A stretch of DNA of 64,000 nt, taken from Candidatus Latescibacterota bacterium. Its GTDB lineage: Bacteria > Latescibacterota > UBA2968 > GCA-2709665. How positions within the stretch are numbered: the stretch's first letter is position 1; each line of letters opens with the position of its first letter. Positions 29,166 through 38,250 of the stretch are shown piece after piece. A model generated the notes under the pieces. It had not been told where the DNA came from, made no database searches, and was given only the letters and a program-made list of their open reading frames with translations. A program made the position numbers and the translations under genes. Location of the stretch: assembly GCA_965226795.1 (NCBI GenBank), contig CBDDDZ010000005.1:2016001-2080000 (forward strand), given 5' to 3'.

Positions 29166-31671
29166 ATACGGCTCCTGTCAAGTCGAGTTCAAAGATTTGT
29201 CGCCGACCGTTCGCGTTCCGGTCGTGAAGAAGCATAATTCCGCATGACTCTGAATCCAGCAACTGGCGCGCAACAAAGAGTCCCAAGCCACGGCCCTCAC
29301 CGGTACGCTTCATCGTAACGAAGGGCTCGAAAAGCGACTCCTCCACACTTAGGTCGACACCTCGGCCGTTGTCCTTGACACGAACCATTGGCGCATCCAC
29401 GATGATCGTAATCCTACCGTTCTTTACTAAGCCGGCACAAATCGCGTCTTTGAGCCAATACTCCGCATTAATCACCAAGTTGTCGAATACCTGTGTCAGT
29501 TTGCCCTTGTTCATGTTGACGGCAAATTCGAGAGAGCCGCCCTGCAGAACCTCCATCTTTATCGCCTTAGATTCCAACTTCTCATTGTAGAATGTTGCGA
29601 AATCCTTCGCCCACGTAAACACCTCGATTCTTTCCCGTTGCTCACGTAGAAAGCGCAGCGAGGGCGTCAAGTGGGCGAGTTGCTTCCGCATTGCAGCAAC
29701 GCTTGATCGGACATGCTCTACATATGAGATCATCGACGCCTTTCGTACAACGCGGTCCAATTCCCGAAGTAATGCCGCGCTTCTTCTTGCGAGCCGGTCA
29801 GCAATGTTGTGGATCTCATGAGAAAGTGCTTCTGCCGTGAGCCCAAGACTGATGCTCTCGTATAACGCTGACACCTCGTCCTGCAGCGTTTCCCACCGCC
29901 GATCGAGGACTTGCCGCAACGACTTCAATTCGGACGCCTGATCCAGAGCAGCCGAGACTTCATCGAGGACTTTCTCCGTGTTTGCCGCCGCGCTCGAAAC
30001 TTTCGTGAGCCCCAAATCGATACGTCTCAATGCGTCGGAAGTAGACGCACCCGCGACGCCAGTCTTGTCCAACTCGTTGCGGGACTCATCAAGCATCTCT
30101 GAAGCCACTCTCGCTGCCTGTCGTAGCGATCCTGCATGGTGCTGGACCTTACTCTTCTCGGACGATAGTCTCGCCGCGACGTCATCGATTCGTTGCGTAA
30201 CTGCAGAGTGCGCGTCGTCGGGTTCAACGCCGGCATTTCTATCGCGATGTTCCTTCAAAAACTGTAAAACACCACGCCGCAGAAACTCCTGGAAGTCGCC
30301 GGCAAACCGGACAAATTCTGATAGGAGACTGATAAAGTTTTCGTAATGTGGGGTCACTTGGAAGCCTTCACGGCTCGTTGTCTCGACTAGATTGCTATTA
30401 TCACGAGCGCTGATCGCCACGAAGCCTAGAACATTGCCCGGCCGTAACCCATAATAAGACGACCCTCTCGTCCATTGCTTCCCCAAGCCGAGCCAGTCCC
30501 CTCCTACCCGAATGCCAAAACCATCGCGATACACGCGGATACCCGCGAGGTCGCGAACAAGGCGACGGTAGTCGGACTGCCTGCCAAGCCCGTGACTCGC
30601 AGCGTCAGAGCTGTCAAGAGAAACCGCATCTACCTCCCCGCGAAACGGACCCGGATTTACCGTAGAACCATCTACTCTACGTATCCCATCCAAATCGTCA
30701 AGCTTACGCTTGGTGCCGAACTCAACAAACCATTCAGCCTGTTTGGCGAATTCAAAGGTTGGCGGCCGACCTCTCCCAGTCCTACTGGAGAGAAATTCGT
30801 AAAGTGCCTTGCCTCGGTCTCTTTGACAAATGTCATTTAGGCGATGTTGGTCGCCTTTGCTGTTGGGCTGTAGGTAATTAAGTCGCGCGACACCAGATAT
30901 TGAGAAGACTCCTTCATCAAACACGAAGTTGTACTTCAGCAACGCGGTCTCCCGCAGTCTCTGAGCGATTTTAGCAAGTTCAAGGCGCTTTCCATCGACC
31001 TCTAGATGTACTTGGAAATCACGCGCTTCTTGAAAAGGCGAGATCATCCCAGAAAGTTCCATCTCAAGGTTTCGTAGGTATGCCTCATCCTGCCACACTT
31101 CTAACTCGCGCAAATCAGAAAGAATAAGCCTTGTTCCGGCCTTTTGTCCAAAGGCCGAACTCTGCTTCCACGTTAGAGGGACGTCTCGGAGATTGGTAGC
31201 CTCTCGGAAGTCCGACCACGAAAATGCAACGTAAAACTCTGTCGTCGGATTCGCGTTATGGCGGGTAACGATCTCAACGTTTCGTGCCAGCCTCTGGCTG
31301 CCTAGCCGCCCTAGGCCTTTGTCGCCAATTGGGGTCCGACCAAGCGGGCTCGTCCCCCCGGCTGCCTTAAGCTCACGCTTTGGCGAGTTCGCTATGGTCA
31401 GCCAGCCGCGTCTAATTGTCTGCTCGTCCATACCGTGGCCATTGTCCTCCACGACAATCGATCCTTTTGCATCACCGTATTTGCGCCCCCATATGTTCCG
31501 TTCTCGGGTGTCAATCGAGACCTTCACCCAGGTAGCATCAGCATCGTAGCTATTCTTAACTAGCTCTACAAGCGCCTGGACGACATCGGTGATGAGCTCT
31601 TCGCCGAGCCGGAAAACAACCGCGGCGTTGATATCGAAATGCCGAGCTTGGGCAATGTCCTTCAAAGCCAA
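29158..31671 (-). CDS. MORC-type GHKL ATPase fused to a histidine kinase
   Basis: N-terminal ELVKNSYDADA, DNGHGM, GDKGLGRL. IRVYRDGF/TSREG region and a coiled coil. H-box SHEIHN, then DNLVINA, DNGRGV, FEPFVT, GRGLGL. Confidence 0.9.
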   Translation of the reverse strand: MALKDIAQARHFDINAAVVFRLGEELITDVVQALVELVKNSYDADATWVKVSIDTRERNIWGRKYGDAKGSIVVEDNGHGMDEQTIRRGWLTIANSPKRELKAAGGTSPLGRTPIGDKGLGRLGSQRLARNVEIVTRHNANPTTEFYVAFSWSDFREATNLRDVPLTWKQSSAFGQKAGTRLILSDLRELEVWQDEAYLRNLEMELSGMISPFQEARDFQVHLEVDGKRLELAKIAQRLRETALLKYNFVFDEGVFSISGVARLNYLQPNSKGDQHRLNDICQRDRGKALYEFLSSRTGRGRPPTFEFAKQAEWFVEFGTKRKLDDLDGIRRVDGSTVNPGPFRGEVDAVSLDSSDAASHGLGRQSDYRRLVRDLAGIRVYRDGFGIRVGGDWLGLGKQWTRGSSYYGLRPGNVLGFVAISARDNSNLVETTSREGFQVTPHYENFISLLSEFVRFAGDFQEFLRRGVLQFLKEHRDRNAGVEPDDAHSAVTQRIDDVAARLSSEKSKVQHHAGSLRQAARVASEMLDESRNELDKTGVAGASTSDALRRIDLGLTKVSSAAANTEKVLDEVSAALDQASELKSLRQVLDRRWETLQDEVSALYESISLGLTAEALSHEIHNIADRLARRSAALLRELDRVVRKASMISYVEHVRSSVAAMRKQLAHLTPSLRFLREQRERIEVFTWAKDFATFYNEKLESKAIKMEVLQGGSLEFAVNMNKGKLTQVFDNLVINAEYWLKDAICAGLVKNGRITIIVDAPMVRVKDNGRGVDLSVEESLFEPFVTMKRTGEGRGLGLFVARQLLDSESCGIMLLHDRNANGRRQIFELDLTGAVCA

Positions 31672-31674
31672 GAG

Positions 31675-33075
31675 CTACTCCTTCCTGAAGACGAGAATGG
31701 ATTCCTTGCGCATCGTGCTCGAAATGGCGTTCCGGGTTGCCATCCTTTTGCTTGGGATCTTCCGATGTATTTTTGTGACCAGGCAGATCCCTTTGGCGTC
31801 AAGTAACTCCTCTAGTATCTCGTCGGTCGGGACAGGTCTACCTCCCACACGTCGGTTGCCGACTGTCCAAATCATGTAGGCGCCGTGTCTAAGGGCTCGC
31901 AGCACCGGACCAAGGGAAACGGCCAAATCACGGCAGTATCCAGCCACGCGTTTCGCTCGATCGGCAGGCAGCCGTTCTAGCCGAATCAGGGTCTCCTTGA
32001 GGGTGGGGCTTACCTCCAGCAAATGTTGAACGTCGTGAATTGCATTTTTCTTCGAACCACCAAGGCTCCTAGTGTCGATTTCATAAGTAGATCGAAGATA
32101 GCTGGAGTCAGCCTTCTCGTCGATGTCATGCAGATCGATCCATTGTAGTGGGAGGTATGAGTACTGCCCGTATGGAACTGTTGTGGTGTTATCACCGTAC
32201 GGAGGAGATGTTACAAGTAGGTCGTGTCCACCAAGCGGAGGAGGTACCAACTTGGTGGAGTCACCGAGCCGAATGTCAACATCACCACTATAACACCCAT
32301 CGGCGGAAAGGTGTCCGCCGTCCTGAAGCACCGCGGCCTCGTCGTGAAGACGCCTAGTAATGTCAGAGACGATAATGTTAAAGGTTTCCAATGCATTTAC
32401 GCTTCGAGACCGGAGATCATCAGCACTGCGCACGTGTAACTTGAACGTGGAGGTGCGAGAGTTGCACGTCAGCCTTACTGTCTCTGCGAGGGCGGTCCAA
32501 AGAATGCGGCGGTACCAGGTGTCATCAACCCGCCGGATTGCCCGACGGATACGTGAGATTTCGGTGACTACTTCGGGTTCGAACCATTTCTCCAACCCAG
32601 GGAAGTCAGCTTCGGCGTTGCTTCCGCTGTCCGCACCCGCTAGTGCGACGACGCTCTTGACGGTGCTTGTGAGTCCATCGGTGCGGAAAGGACCGGCCTT
32701 AGTCCGGCAGAACAGCACAGCCAGCGGATTGATGTCTTGTCCGGAATAGTCTAGCCCTAGACGCATGCACTCAACCATTGTCGTTCCTGAACCAACAAAT
32801 GGATCGAGCACTCGGTCTACACTCCCAACAATATCTGCCACGGCGCTAACGAGTACCGCCTGCATCGATGGAACCATCATAGCCGGGTATTGAGTTAGTC
32901 CTTGGGCCTGACACCGCGAGGCACTTCGGCGAAACGCCCAGTAGTCATCGTCCGCCTCCGACAAGCTGCGGAGTCGTCGGACGATTTCGTCGTCTGTTGA
33001 ATTACTAGAAGCAATAACAGTCTTTCCTACTTCACCACCCGTGGGTCGTGTTTTAGGGTCGTCTAATCCTCGCAA
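31675..33075 (-). CDS. DNA methyltransferase (amino-MTase, probably m4C)
   Basis: YPAMM, motif I DPFVGSGTT before motif IV TSPPY, and VGNRRV. Likely TTG start at 33075 after GGAGG (ORF is open to 33258). Confidence 0.88.
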   Translation of the reverse strand: MRGLDDPKTRPTGGEVGKTVIASSNSTDDEIVRRLRSLSEADDDYWAFRRSASRCQAQGLTQYPAMMVPSMQAVLVSAVADIVGSVDRVLDPFVGSGTTMVECMRLGLDYSGQDINPLAVLFCRTKAGPFRTDGLTSTVKSVVALAGADSGSNAEADFPGLEKWFEPEVVTEISRIRRAIRRVDDTWYRRILWTALAETVRLTCNSRTSTFKLHVRSADDLRSRSVNALETFNIIVSDITRRLHDEAAVLQDGGHLSADGCYSGDVDIRLGDSTKLVPPPLGGHDLLVTSPPYGDNTTTVPYGQYSYLPLQWIDLHDIDEKADSSYLRSTYEIDTRSLGGSKKNAIHDVQHLLEVSPTLKETLIRLERLPADRAKRVAGYCRDLAVSLGPVLRALRHGAYMIWTVGNRRVGGRPVPTDEILEELLDAKGICLVTKIHRKIPSKRMATRNAISSTMRKESILVFRKE

Positions 33076-33254
33076 TCTCGCCTCCGTAAGGTCCAGTAAT
33101 CCAGCAAGTACTGTGTATTGGCATAAGTGTTTGCATTTCGGAATTTGAGATATTGTCAAACGTTGTGGATGGCGGCGAGCGCAGATTGTCAGGTTGGCAG
33201 GCGCATCCTTCTTGTGCGACTTATCCCGTCTGCGGGAACCCACTCTCTTGGATG

Positions 33255-36200
33255 TCACCCGGAAGCTCGCGTCTCGCCTGCCGGCTCGTAGGCGAGATCG
33301 AAAACGGTATCGGCCATCCAGCGCTTGAAGCCCGGGTTGTCCATGTACAGTTTGAACAGTTCGGTGTCGTCACGCATCACTCCAGTCATCACCCGAACCA
33401 GCGCCTTGTCGTGCTCGATCCGGGCATTCTGGCGGTCGGAGTTCTCCCGTGCGTTTCGGAACGCTGTGTCGGCGGCGACGCGGGCCGGTATGGTCTCTAA
33501 GATGAGTTGCTGCACGCGGTCCTCATCTTCCCATTGAATGTCACCATAATGCTCGTTGAAGACCCGAAGTATGCTGGAGAGTCGATCCAATTCCGGCTCC
33601 GGGTGATGCCCTCCGCCGGCTGCCGGTACCGGATCGATCTCGGCATTCTCGTCCGGCAACAGGAACCGTTGCATTGCCTGCTTCTCAACCCGATAGCTGT
33701 CGAGATCGATCGCATCAAGGACACCTTTGGAGAGATCCTCTTCCTCGGGAGCCGGCAACTTAGGGACCAGGAAGTTGAGGAAAATTGAACGCTTTTCCCA
33801 TGCGGGGTCGTTGTATGGAAGGATGGATGAAAGAAAGGCGTAGGTTCGCACGAAGGCTTTGGCCTTACCTTTGAACGCGACCTGGCCGTCTTCGTCCAGC
33901 TCCCGCCGATAGACCGCTACGCAAGCGTCCAGGATTGGATCGAGAAGGTCGCGTTCCTCTCCGGCCAGGTAGCGCCGGACAAACTCGTCGATCTGCACCT
34001 CGGAATAGACCTGCGCGCCGTCCAGGTCCGCCTGCAGGTCGTGCAGCTTGTTGGGGTCGGTCTCGTCGGCCAGGATCGTCGCCCGGTAAAAGTCCGCGAA
34101 CGCTTCGCGGATGGTGTCGGTGTCGTTGAAAAAGTCGAGCACGAACACATCGTGTTTCCTGGGATGCGCCCGGTTGAGGCGAGACAGGGTCTGCACGGCC
34201 CTTATTCCTGACAGCGTCTTGTCCACGTACATCGTGTGCAGCAGGGGTTCATCGTAGCCGGTCTGAAACTTGTCCGCGCACACCAGGAACCGGTAAGGAT
34301 CCTCCTGGAATCGCTTGGCGATCCGGGTGGAAGGCAGGCCGTTCAGCGACGCCTCGCTTACCCTGGCGCCGCCGTAGTCGTGCTCGCCGGAGAAGGCGAC
34401 CAGAGCCTCGTAAGAGCTCTTGCGCTCCCTGAGATAGTCGCGGATGGCATGGAAGTACTGGATCGCGCGCTCGATGCCATTTGTGACAACCATCGCCCGC
34501 GCCGCGCCGCCGATCTTTCCCTGCTTCAGCACCTGGTCATGAAAATGGTCGACCATGATCTCGGCCTTGAGGCGAATCGCGTGGTCGCTGCCCTCCACGA
34601 AACGGCGCAGCTTCTTTTGTGCTCTGCTAGCGTCGAACTCCGGGTCGTCTTCAACGGTCTTGGCAAGCTTGTAATAGCTGGCCACCGGCGTGTAGCGGGC
34701 GAGAACGTCGAGGATGAATCCTTCCTGGATCGCCTGCTTCATCGTGTAGCTATGGAAGGCGCGATGCCTCACCGTACCGTCGGGCTGCGGGTCCGCGGCG
34801 CCAAAGATCTCGAGCGTCTTGTTTTTGGGCGTGGCGGTAAACGCGAAGTAGCTGGCGTTGGGAAGGAGCTTTCGCGATTCCATCAAACGGTTAATCCTGT
34901 CTTCAAAGGTATCCTGATCGTCTTCTTCGCCCGCTTCCGACAGCGCCTGCGCCATGGCTGCGCTGGTGCGGCCCCCCTGGCTCGAGTGGGCTTCATCGAT
35001 GATGATGGCGAAGCGCCTCCCACGCTGCTCGTTGCCGATCTCGTCCAGGATGAAAGGGAACTTCTGGACCGTGGAAATGATAATCTTCTTGCCGCTTTCG
35101 ATGAACCGGCGCAGATCGCCCGAGCCGTCGGCATGCCCTACCGTCGCCGACACCTGGGCGTATTGTTTGATCGTGTCGCGGATCTGACGGTCCAGGATGA
35201 GCCTGTCCGTTACGATGATGATCGAGTCGAAAACGGGAGCATCGTCCTTCTCCAGCCGGATCAGTTGGTGGGCGAGCCAGGCGATGGAGTTGCTCTTGCC
35301 GCTACCGGCGGAATGATGGATCAGATAGCGCTGACCCGCACCGCGGGCGCCCGCGTCGGCCAGCAGGCGGCGCACCACGTCGAGCTGATGGAAGCGCGGC
35401 CAGATTTGGGTACTCCGCTTCCTGCCGCTCTTTTCGTCCTTCGACGCCACCACCTGGGCGTAATTCTCCAGGATGTTGGTGAGACTCTCCCGCGTGAGTA
35501 CTTCACGCCAGAGATAGGAGACCGCAAGACCGTGCGGGTTGGGCGGGTTGCCCGCGCCGTCGTTCCAGCCGCGGTTAAAGGGAAGAAACCAGGACGCCTT
35601 ACCCTTTAGGTGTGTACAAAAACGCGCCTCACGCTCATCCAATGCGAAGTGCACGATGCACCGCCCGAATTCAAACAACTTTTCGCGAGGGTTCCGGTCC
35701 TTTCGGTACTGCCAGACCGCATCGTCCACCGTCTGTTTGGTGAGGCTGTTTTTCAGCTCAAACGTGAACACCGGCAGCCCGTTAATGAACAGCCCTATGT
35801 CTAGCGCCCGCTGCGCCTCGTCCCGGCTGTAGCGAAGCTGCCGCGTGACGGTAAAGCGGTTCTGCTCGAACAGCTCCTGTGCCTGCGGGTTGCCGGCCGA
35901 CGGGGTGCCGTAGAACAGATCCAGGTGGAACGATTGGTGCTTGATCCCGTTGCGAAGCGCGTCGATGGTGCCGCGCTTGCTGATTTCGCCCTGAAGCCGG
36001 GTCAGGAACGCGCGCCGCACCGGACCGTCTTCGGAAAGCGCCAGCGCCTCGGCGGCCTCCGGCTGGGTGTCGCGCAAAAATGCCGACAGTTGCACCAGAT
36101 CGACGCAGTACTCACGGTCGTAGTCGTGGGGATTGCCGCAACTCCACCCGACACCGCCATAACCGGCAGCGGGTTCTGCCACTGTGCCCGTAGAGGGGGG

Positions 36201-36272
36201 ATCGCACGTATGGCCGGCCAGCGCCGTGCAGATGAGGCGTTCGAGGCCGCGTTCGGAGGTATCGGTGGGCAT
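33255..36272 (-). CDS. hsdR: Type I restriction endonuclease subunit R
   Basis: Nuclease motif D..LFINGLPVFTFELKN, Walker A HSAGSGKS, IIDEAHSSQ, FTATPK, KFQTGYDEP, QTLSRLNR. Confidence 0.97.
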   Translation of the reverse strand: MPTDTSERGLERLICTALAGHTCDPPSTGTVAEPAAGYGGVGWSCGNPHDYDREYCVDLVQLSAFLRDTQPEAAEALALSEDGPVRRAFLTRLQGEISKRGTIDALRNGIKHQSFHLDLFYGTPSAGNPQAQELFEQNRFTVTRQLRYSRDEAQRALDIGLFINGLPVFTFELKNSLTKQTVDDAVWQYRKDRNPREKLFEFGRCIVHFALDEREARFCTHLKGKASWFLPFNRGWNDGAGNPPNPHGLAVSYLWREVLTRESLTNILENYAQVVASKDEKSGRKRSTQIWPRFHQLDVVRRLLADAGARGAGQRYLIHHSAGSGKSNSIAWLAHQLIRLEKDDAPVFDSIIIVTDRLILDRQIRDTIKQYAQVSATVGHADGSGDLRRFIESGKKIIISTVQKFPFILDEIGNEQRGRRFAIIIDEAHSSQGGRTSAAMAQALSEAGEEDDQDTFEDRINRLMESRKLLPNASYFAFTATPKNKTLEIFGAADPQPDGTVRHRAFHSYTMKQAIQEGFILDVLARYTPVASYYKLAKTVEDDPEFDASRAQKKLRRFVEGSDHAIRLKAEIMVDHFHDQVLKQGKIGGAARAMVVTNGIERAIQYFHAIRDYLRERKSSYEALVAFSGEHDYGGARVSEASLNGLPSTRIAKRFQEDPYRFLVCADKFQTGYDEPLLHTMYVDKTLSGIRAVQTLSRLNRAHPRKHDVFVLDFFNDTDTIREAFADFYRATILADETDPNKLHDLQADLDGAQVYSEVQIDEFVRRYLAGEERDLLDPILDACVAVYRRELDEDGQVAFKGKAKAFVRTYAFLSSILPYNDPAWEKRSIFLNFLVPKLPAPEEEDLSKGVLDAIDLDSYRVEKQAMQRFLLPDENAEIDPVPAAGGGHHPEPELDRLSSILRVFNEHYGDIQWEDEDRVQQLILETIPARVAADTAFRNARENSDRQNARIEHDKALVRVMTGVMRDDTELFKLYMDNPGFKRWMADTVFDLAYEPAGETRASG

Positions 36273-36280
36273 TGTGAACC

Positions 36281-36694
36281 CTACTGGTCCGTAAACGGGT
36301 TTATGACCCGGAGGCCATCGTAGTCCTGTTCTGTACTCATATCCTCGGTGTACACGGCATCGCAACCCAGGGCGCGGGCTGCGGCGAGAATTGCGCCGTC
36401 CCAGTAGGACAGCCGGAAACGTTGGCTGATGGCGATGGCCTCGAGAAAAACGTCCATCGTCATGGTCTGAATCCGGAACAGCAGAATCGGCTCCAGGAAT
36501 TGCAAAGCTCTATTGCCAGAAAGACTGCGGATCCGTGTCGGCCGGGTGGCTTGGTGATAGAACTCCTGCAGCACCTGAACGGACGCGGCGAGGTCGGGTT
36601 CTGTCAGGACTTCCAGCGCCCGCGCCCGCTTGTCGGCCTCCTCCGGGACCTCGCTGACAGCGTACAGCAGGACATTGGTATCTACGAATCGCAT
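36281..36694 (-). CDS. vapC: PIN domain (VapC-like) toxin
   Basis: Motifs FVDTNVLLYA, QVLQEF, SYWDGAI, YTED, NPF. Confidence 0.92.
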   Translation of the reverse strand: MRFVDTNVLLYAVSEVPEEADKRARALEVLTEPDLAASVQVLQEFYHQATRPTRIRSLSGNRALQFLEPILLFRIQTMTMDVFLEAIAISQRFRLSYWDGAILAAARALGCDAVYTEDMSTEQDYDGLRVINPFTDQ

Positions 36695-37044
36695 GGCGAG
36701 ACTCTGAGTGCTTCAGAGATGCTGCGCTGCCGCTCGCGCTCGGCGACAGCCTCGGCCCTTGCCGCGACGCGGTCGTACAACGCTTCTCTGGGCAGGTTGT
36801 CGGACATCCGCAACCCAATACCCTGTCTATCGAAGTCCGCGAGCACTTCCCGCAGCAGCCTGCACCGACGCTGATAGATGGTTTCAATAGACTCTGCACT
36901 GGCTTCGCCCCCCGCATCCGGCTCCGCTGCCAGGTGTCTCAAGTAGTCTCGCACGAGGGCCGAAACCGATGTGTCCATCTCTGCCGCACGGATACGTGCG
37001 AGCCGGTGTGTCTGCTCGTCGACGGATACGGTGATGTTCCTCAT
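36682..37044 (-). CDS. RHH-type antitoxin (VapB-like), intact copy
   Basis: MRNITVSVDEQTHRLARIRAA..DTSVSALVRDYL and LPREALYDR. Overlaps the PIN gene. Confidence 0.88.
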   Translation of the reverse strand: MRNITVSVDEQTHRLARIRAAEMDTSVSALVRDYLRHLAAEPDAGGEASAESIETIYQRRCRLLREVLADFDRQGIGLRMSDNLPREALYDRVAARAEAVAERERQRSISEALRVSPCDS

Positions 37045-37103
37045 AATCACAGCCTCACAGTTTCTGTCTTGCGCACTATAGGCATCTATTGCCAGATGGG
37101 CAA
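37045..37103 (-). promoter_or_regulatory. Antitoxin promoter/operator
   Basis: TTGCCC-17-TATAGT. Tandem CTGTGA motifs before the ATG. Confidence 0.7.
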
Positions 37104-37216
37104 CACCTGCGGCGGCGAGGGAGCTTTGTGGTGAAAGGTTGAAGTTGCGTATGGCGGACCCGCAGGTTGACCCGGCAAGCGGCGGCTCCTGTTGGACGGG
37201 TTTCGCACTGCTTAGG

Positions 37217-37249
37217 TTCAAGGTCGTATTCGGAGCTGTCGCTGTTCAT
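37217..37249 (-). pseudogene. Relic of an hsdR 5' end
   Basis: MNSDSSEYDLE versus HsdR MPTDTSERGLE. Starts 4 nt after the DUF5615 stop. Confidence 0.5.
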
Positions 37250-37253
37250 GCTG

Positions 37254-37586
37254 TCACTCGCCTCTCATAGGGATGGGGACTTCCCGGACTTCTCCGGGCT
37301 GAATCCCGTCAAGGACGGCGCGAATATCCTCAATCCTTGGCTCGATGAGCGGCCACCGGTTCGCCCCAAGAACGATCAGTGCGAAGCTACGGCTTCCGAT
37401 GTTCTGTTGGTATGGCATGTTCCTGTCCGCAGTAATCACAACGCCATACCCTGCTTCTTCCGCCCGGTCCAGCAATTCGCCATTGACAAGCGTTGCCCAC
37501 CCGTGCTCTTCAGCCACGTCAACATCGTGGCCGACGAGGTGACGGCGAAGCTGCCGTGGCGCATTGTGGTCAAACAGTATTCGCAT
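37254..37586 (-). CDS. DUF5615-type PIN-like toxin
   Basis: Motifs MRILFDHN, GW..L.NGELL..AE, ITADRN..YQQN. Confidence 0.88.
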   Translation of the reverse strand: MRILFDHNAPRQLRRHLVGHDVDVAEEHGWATLVNGELLDRAEEAGYGVVITADRNMPYQQNIGSRSFALIVLGANRWPLIEPRIEDIRAVLDGIQPGEVREVPIPMRGE

Positions 37587-37818
37587 GCGAGACCCTGGCG
37601 ACCTTGGCATCAAGGTCTTGCACTACGAATTCCAGAACCGCCCGCACCTTTGCTTCGTCTACCCCGCCGAACCATTCGATAAAGTCGTGGACCGTTGCGC
37701 CCTCCGCAAGGTTGCCGAAAAGGGCCGACACAGGCAGCCGGGTCCCGGTGAACACCCAGGCCCCGCTCACCCTGCCAGGCACGCTCTCCACCGCCGGGCA
37801 CTTGCTCCAGTCCGTCAT
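37570..37818 (-). CDS. DUF433 antitoxin
   Basis: SGAWVFTGTRLPVSALFGNL..GATVHDFIEWF. Overlaps the toxin gene. Confidence 0.92.
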   Translation of the reverse strand: MTDWSKCPAVESVPGRVSGAWVFTGTRLPVSALFGNLAEGATVHDFIEWFGGVDEAKVRAVLEFVVQDLDAKVARVSHANTV

Positions 37819-38138
37819 ACGGTCACCTCCTTGCTCTTCTGCCGATTCTGCGGCGTCCGCCTGGCGTCTGTGGTCAAACCGTAACCATGTAGTGGTTCAC
37901 CGCAACCGAATCCGCCGCCGTTGGCCGTAATCTTCTCAATGACCTCGTGCAATGTCCTGCGACGGCGTTCGATCTCCTCCTCTACGCTTAGCCCGCTGTT
38001 CACTGTGCTGGCGCGGTCCGCAACCAGACTCTTCAGGTAGTCCCGCACCAGAGCCGATACCGACGTGTCCAACTCCGCAGCACGGATACGTGCGAGCCGG
38101 TGTGTCTGCTCGTCGACGGATACGGTAATATTTCTCAT
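37815..38138 (-). pseudogene. Second RHH antitoxin copy, 3' end replaced by a hicB fragment
   Basis: N-terminus nearly identical to the 37044 copy. 37870-37901 is identical to 43721-43752. No cognate PIN gene follows. Confidence 0.75.
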
Positions 38139-38197
38139 GGTCACAGCCTCACAGTTTCTGTGTGACACAATATACGCATTAATCGGTCGATGTGCAA
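38139..38197 (-). promoter_or_regulatory. Antitoxin promoter/operator (paralogous copy)
   Basis: TTGCAC-17-TATATT. CACAG-aaa-CTGTG palindrome plus tandem CTGTGA. Confidence 0.7.
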
Positions 38198-38223
38198 CAC
38201 CTGCGGCGGCGTGGGAGGTCCGT

Positions 38224-38250
38224 TAGGGGCGACCGGCCGGTCGCCCCTAC
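38224..38250 (-). repeat. GTAG-family REP 1 (supplies the hsdS stop codon)
   Basis: GTAG-GGGCGACCGGCCGGTCGCCC-CTA palindrome on the minus strand. Confidence 0.9.

Noticed and set aside
33076..33258. N-terminal 61 aa of the methyltransferase ORF
   Set aside because: Not protein-like. GGAGG-N5-TTG at 33075 is a better start.
34236..35609. 457-aa plus-strand ORF (likewise 15790-17214 minus)
   Set aside because: Antisense shadows of hsdR and the phosphoesterase gene.
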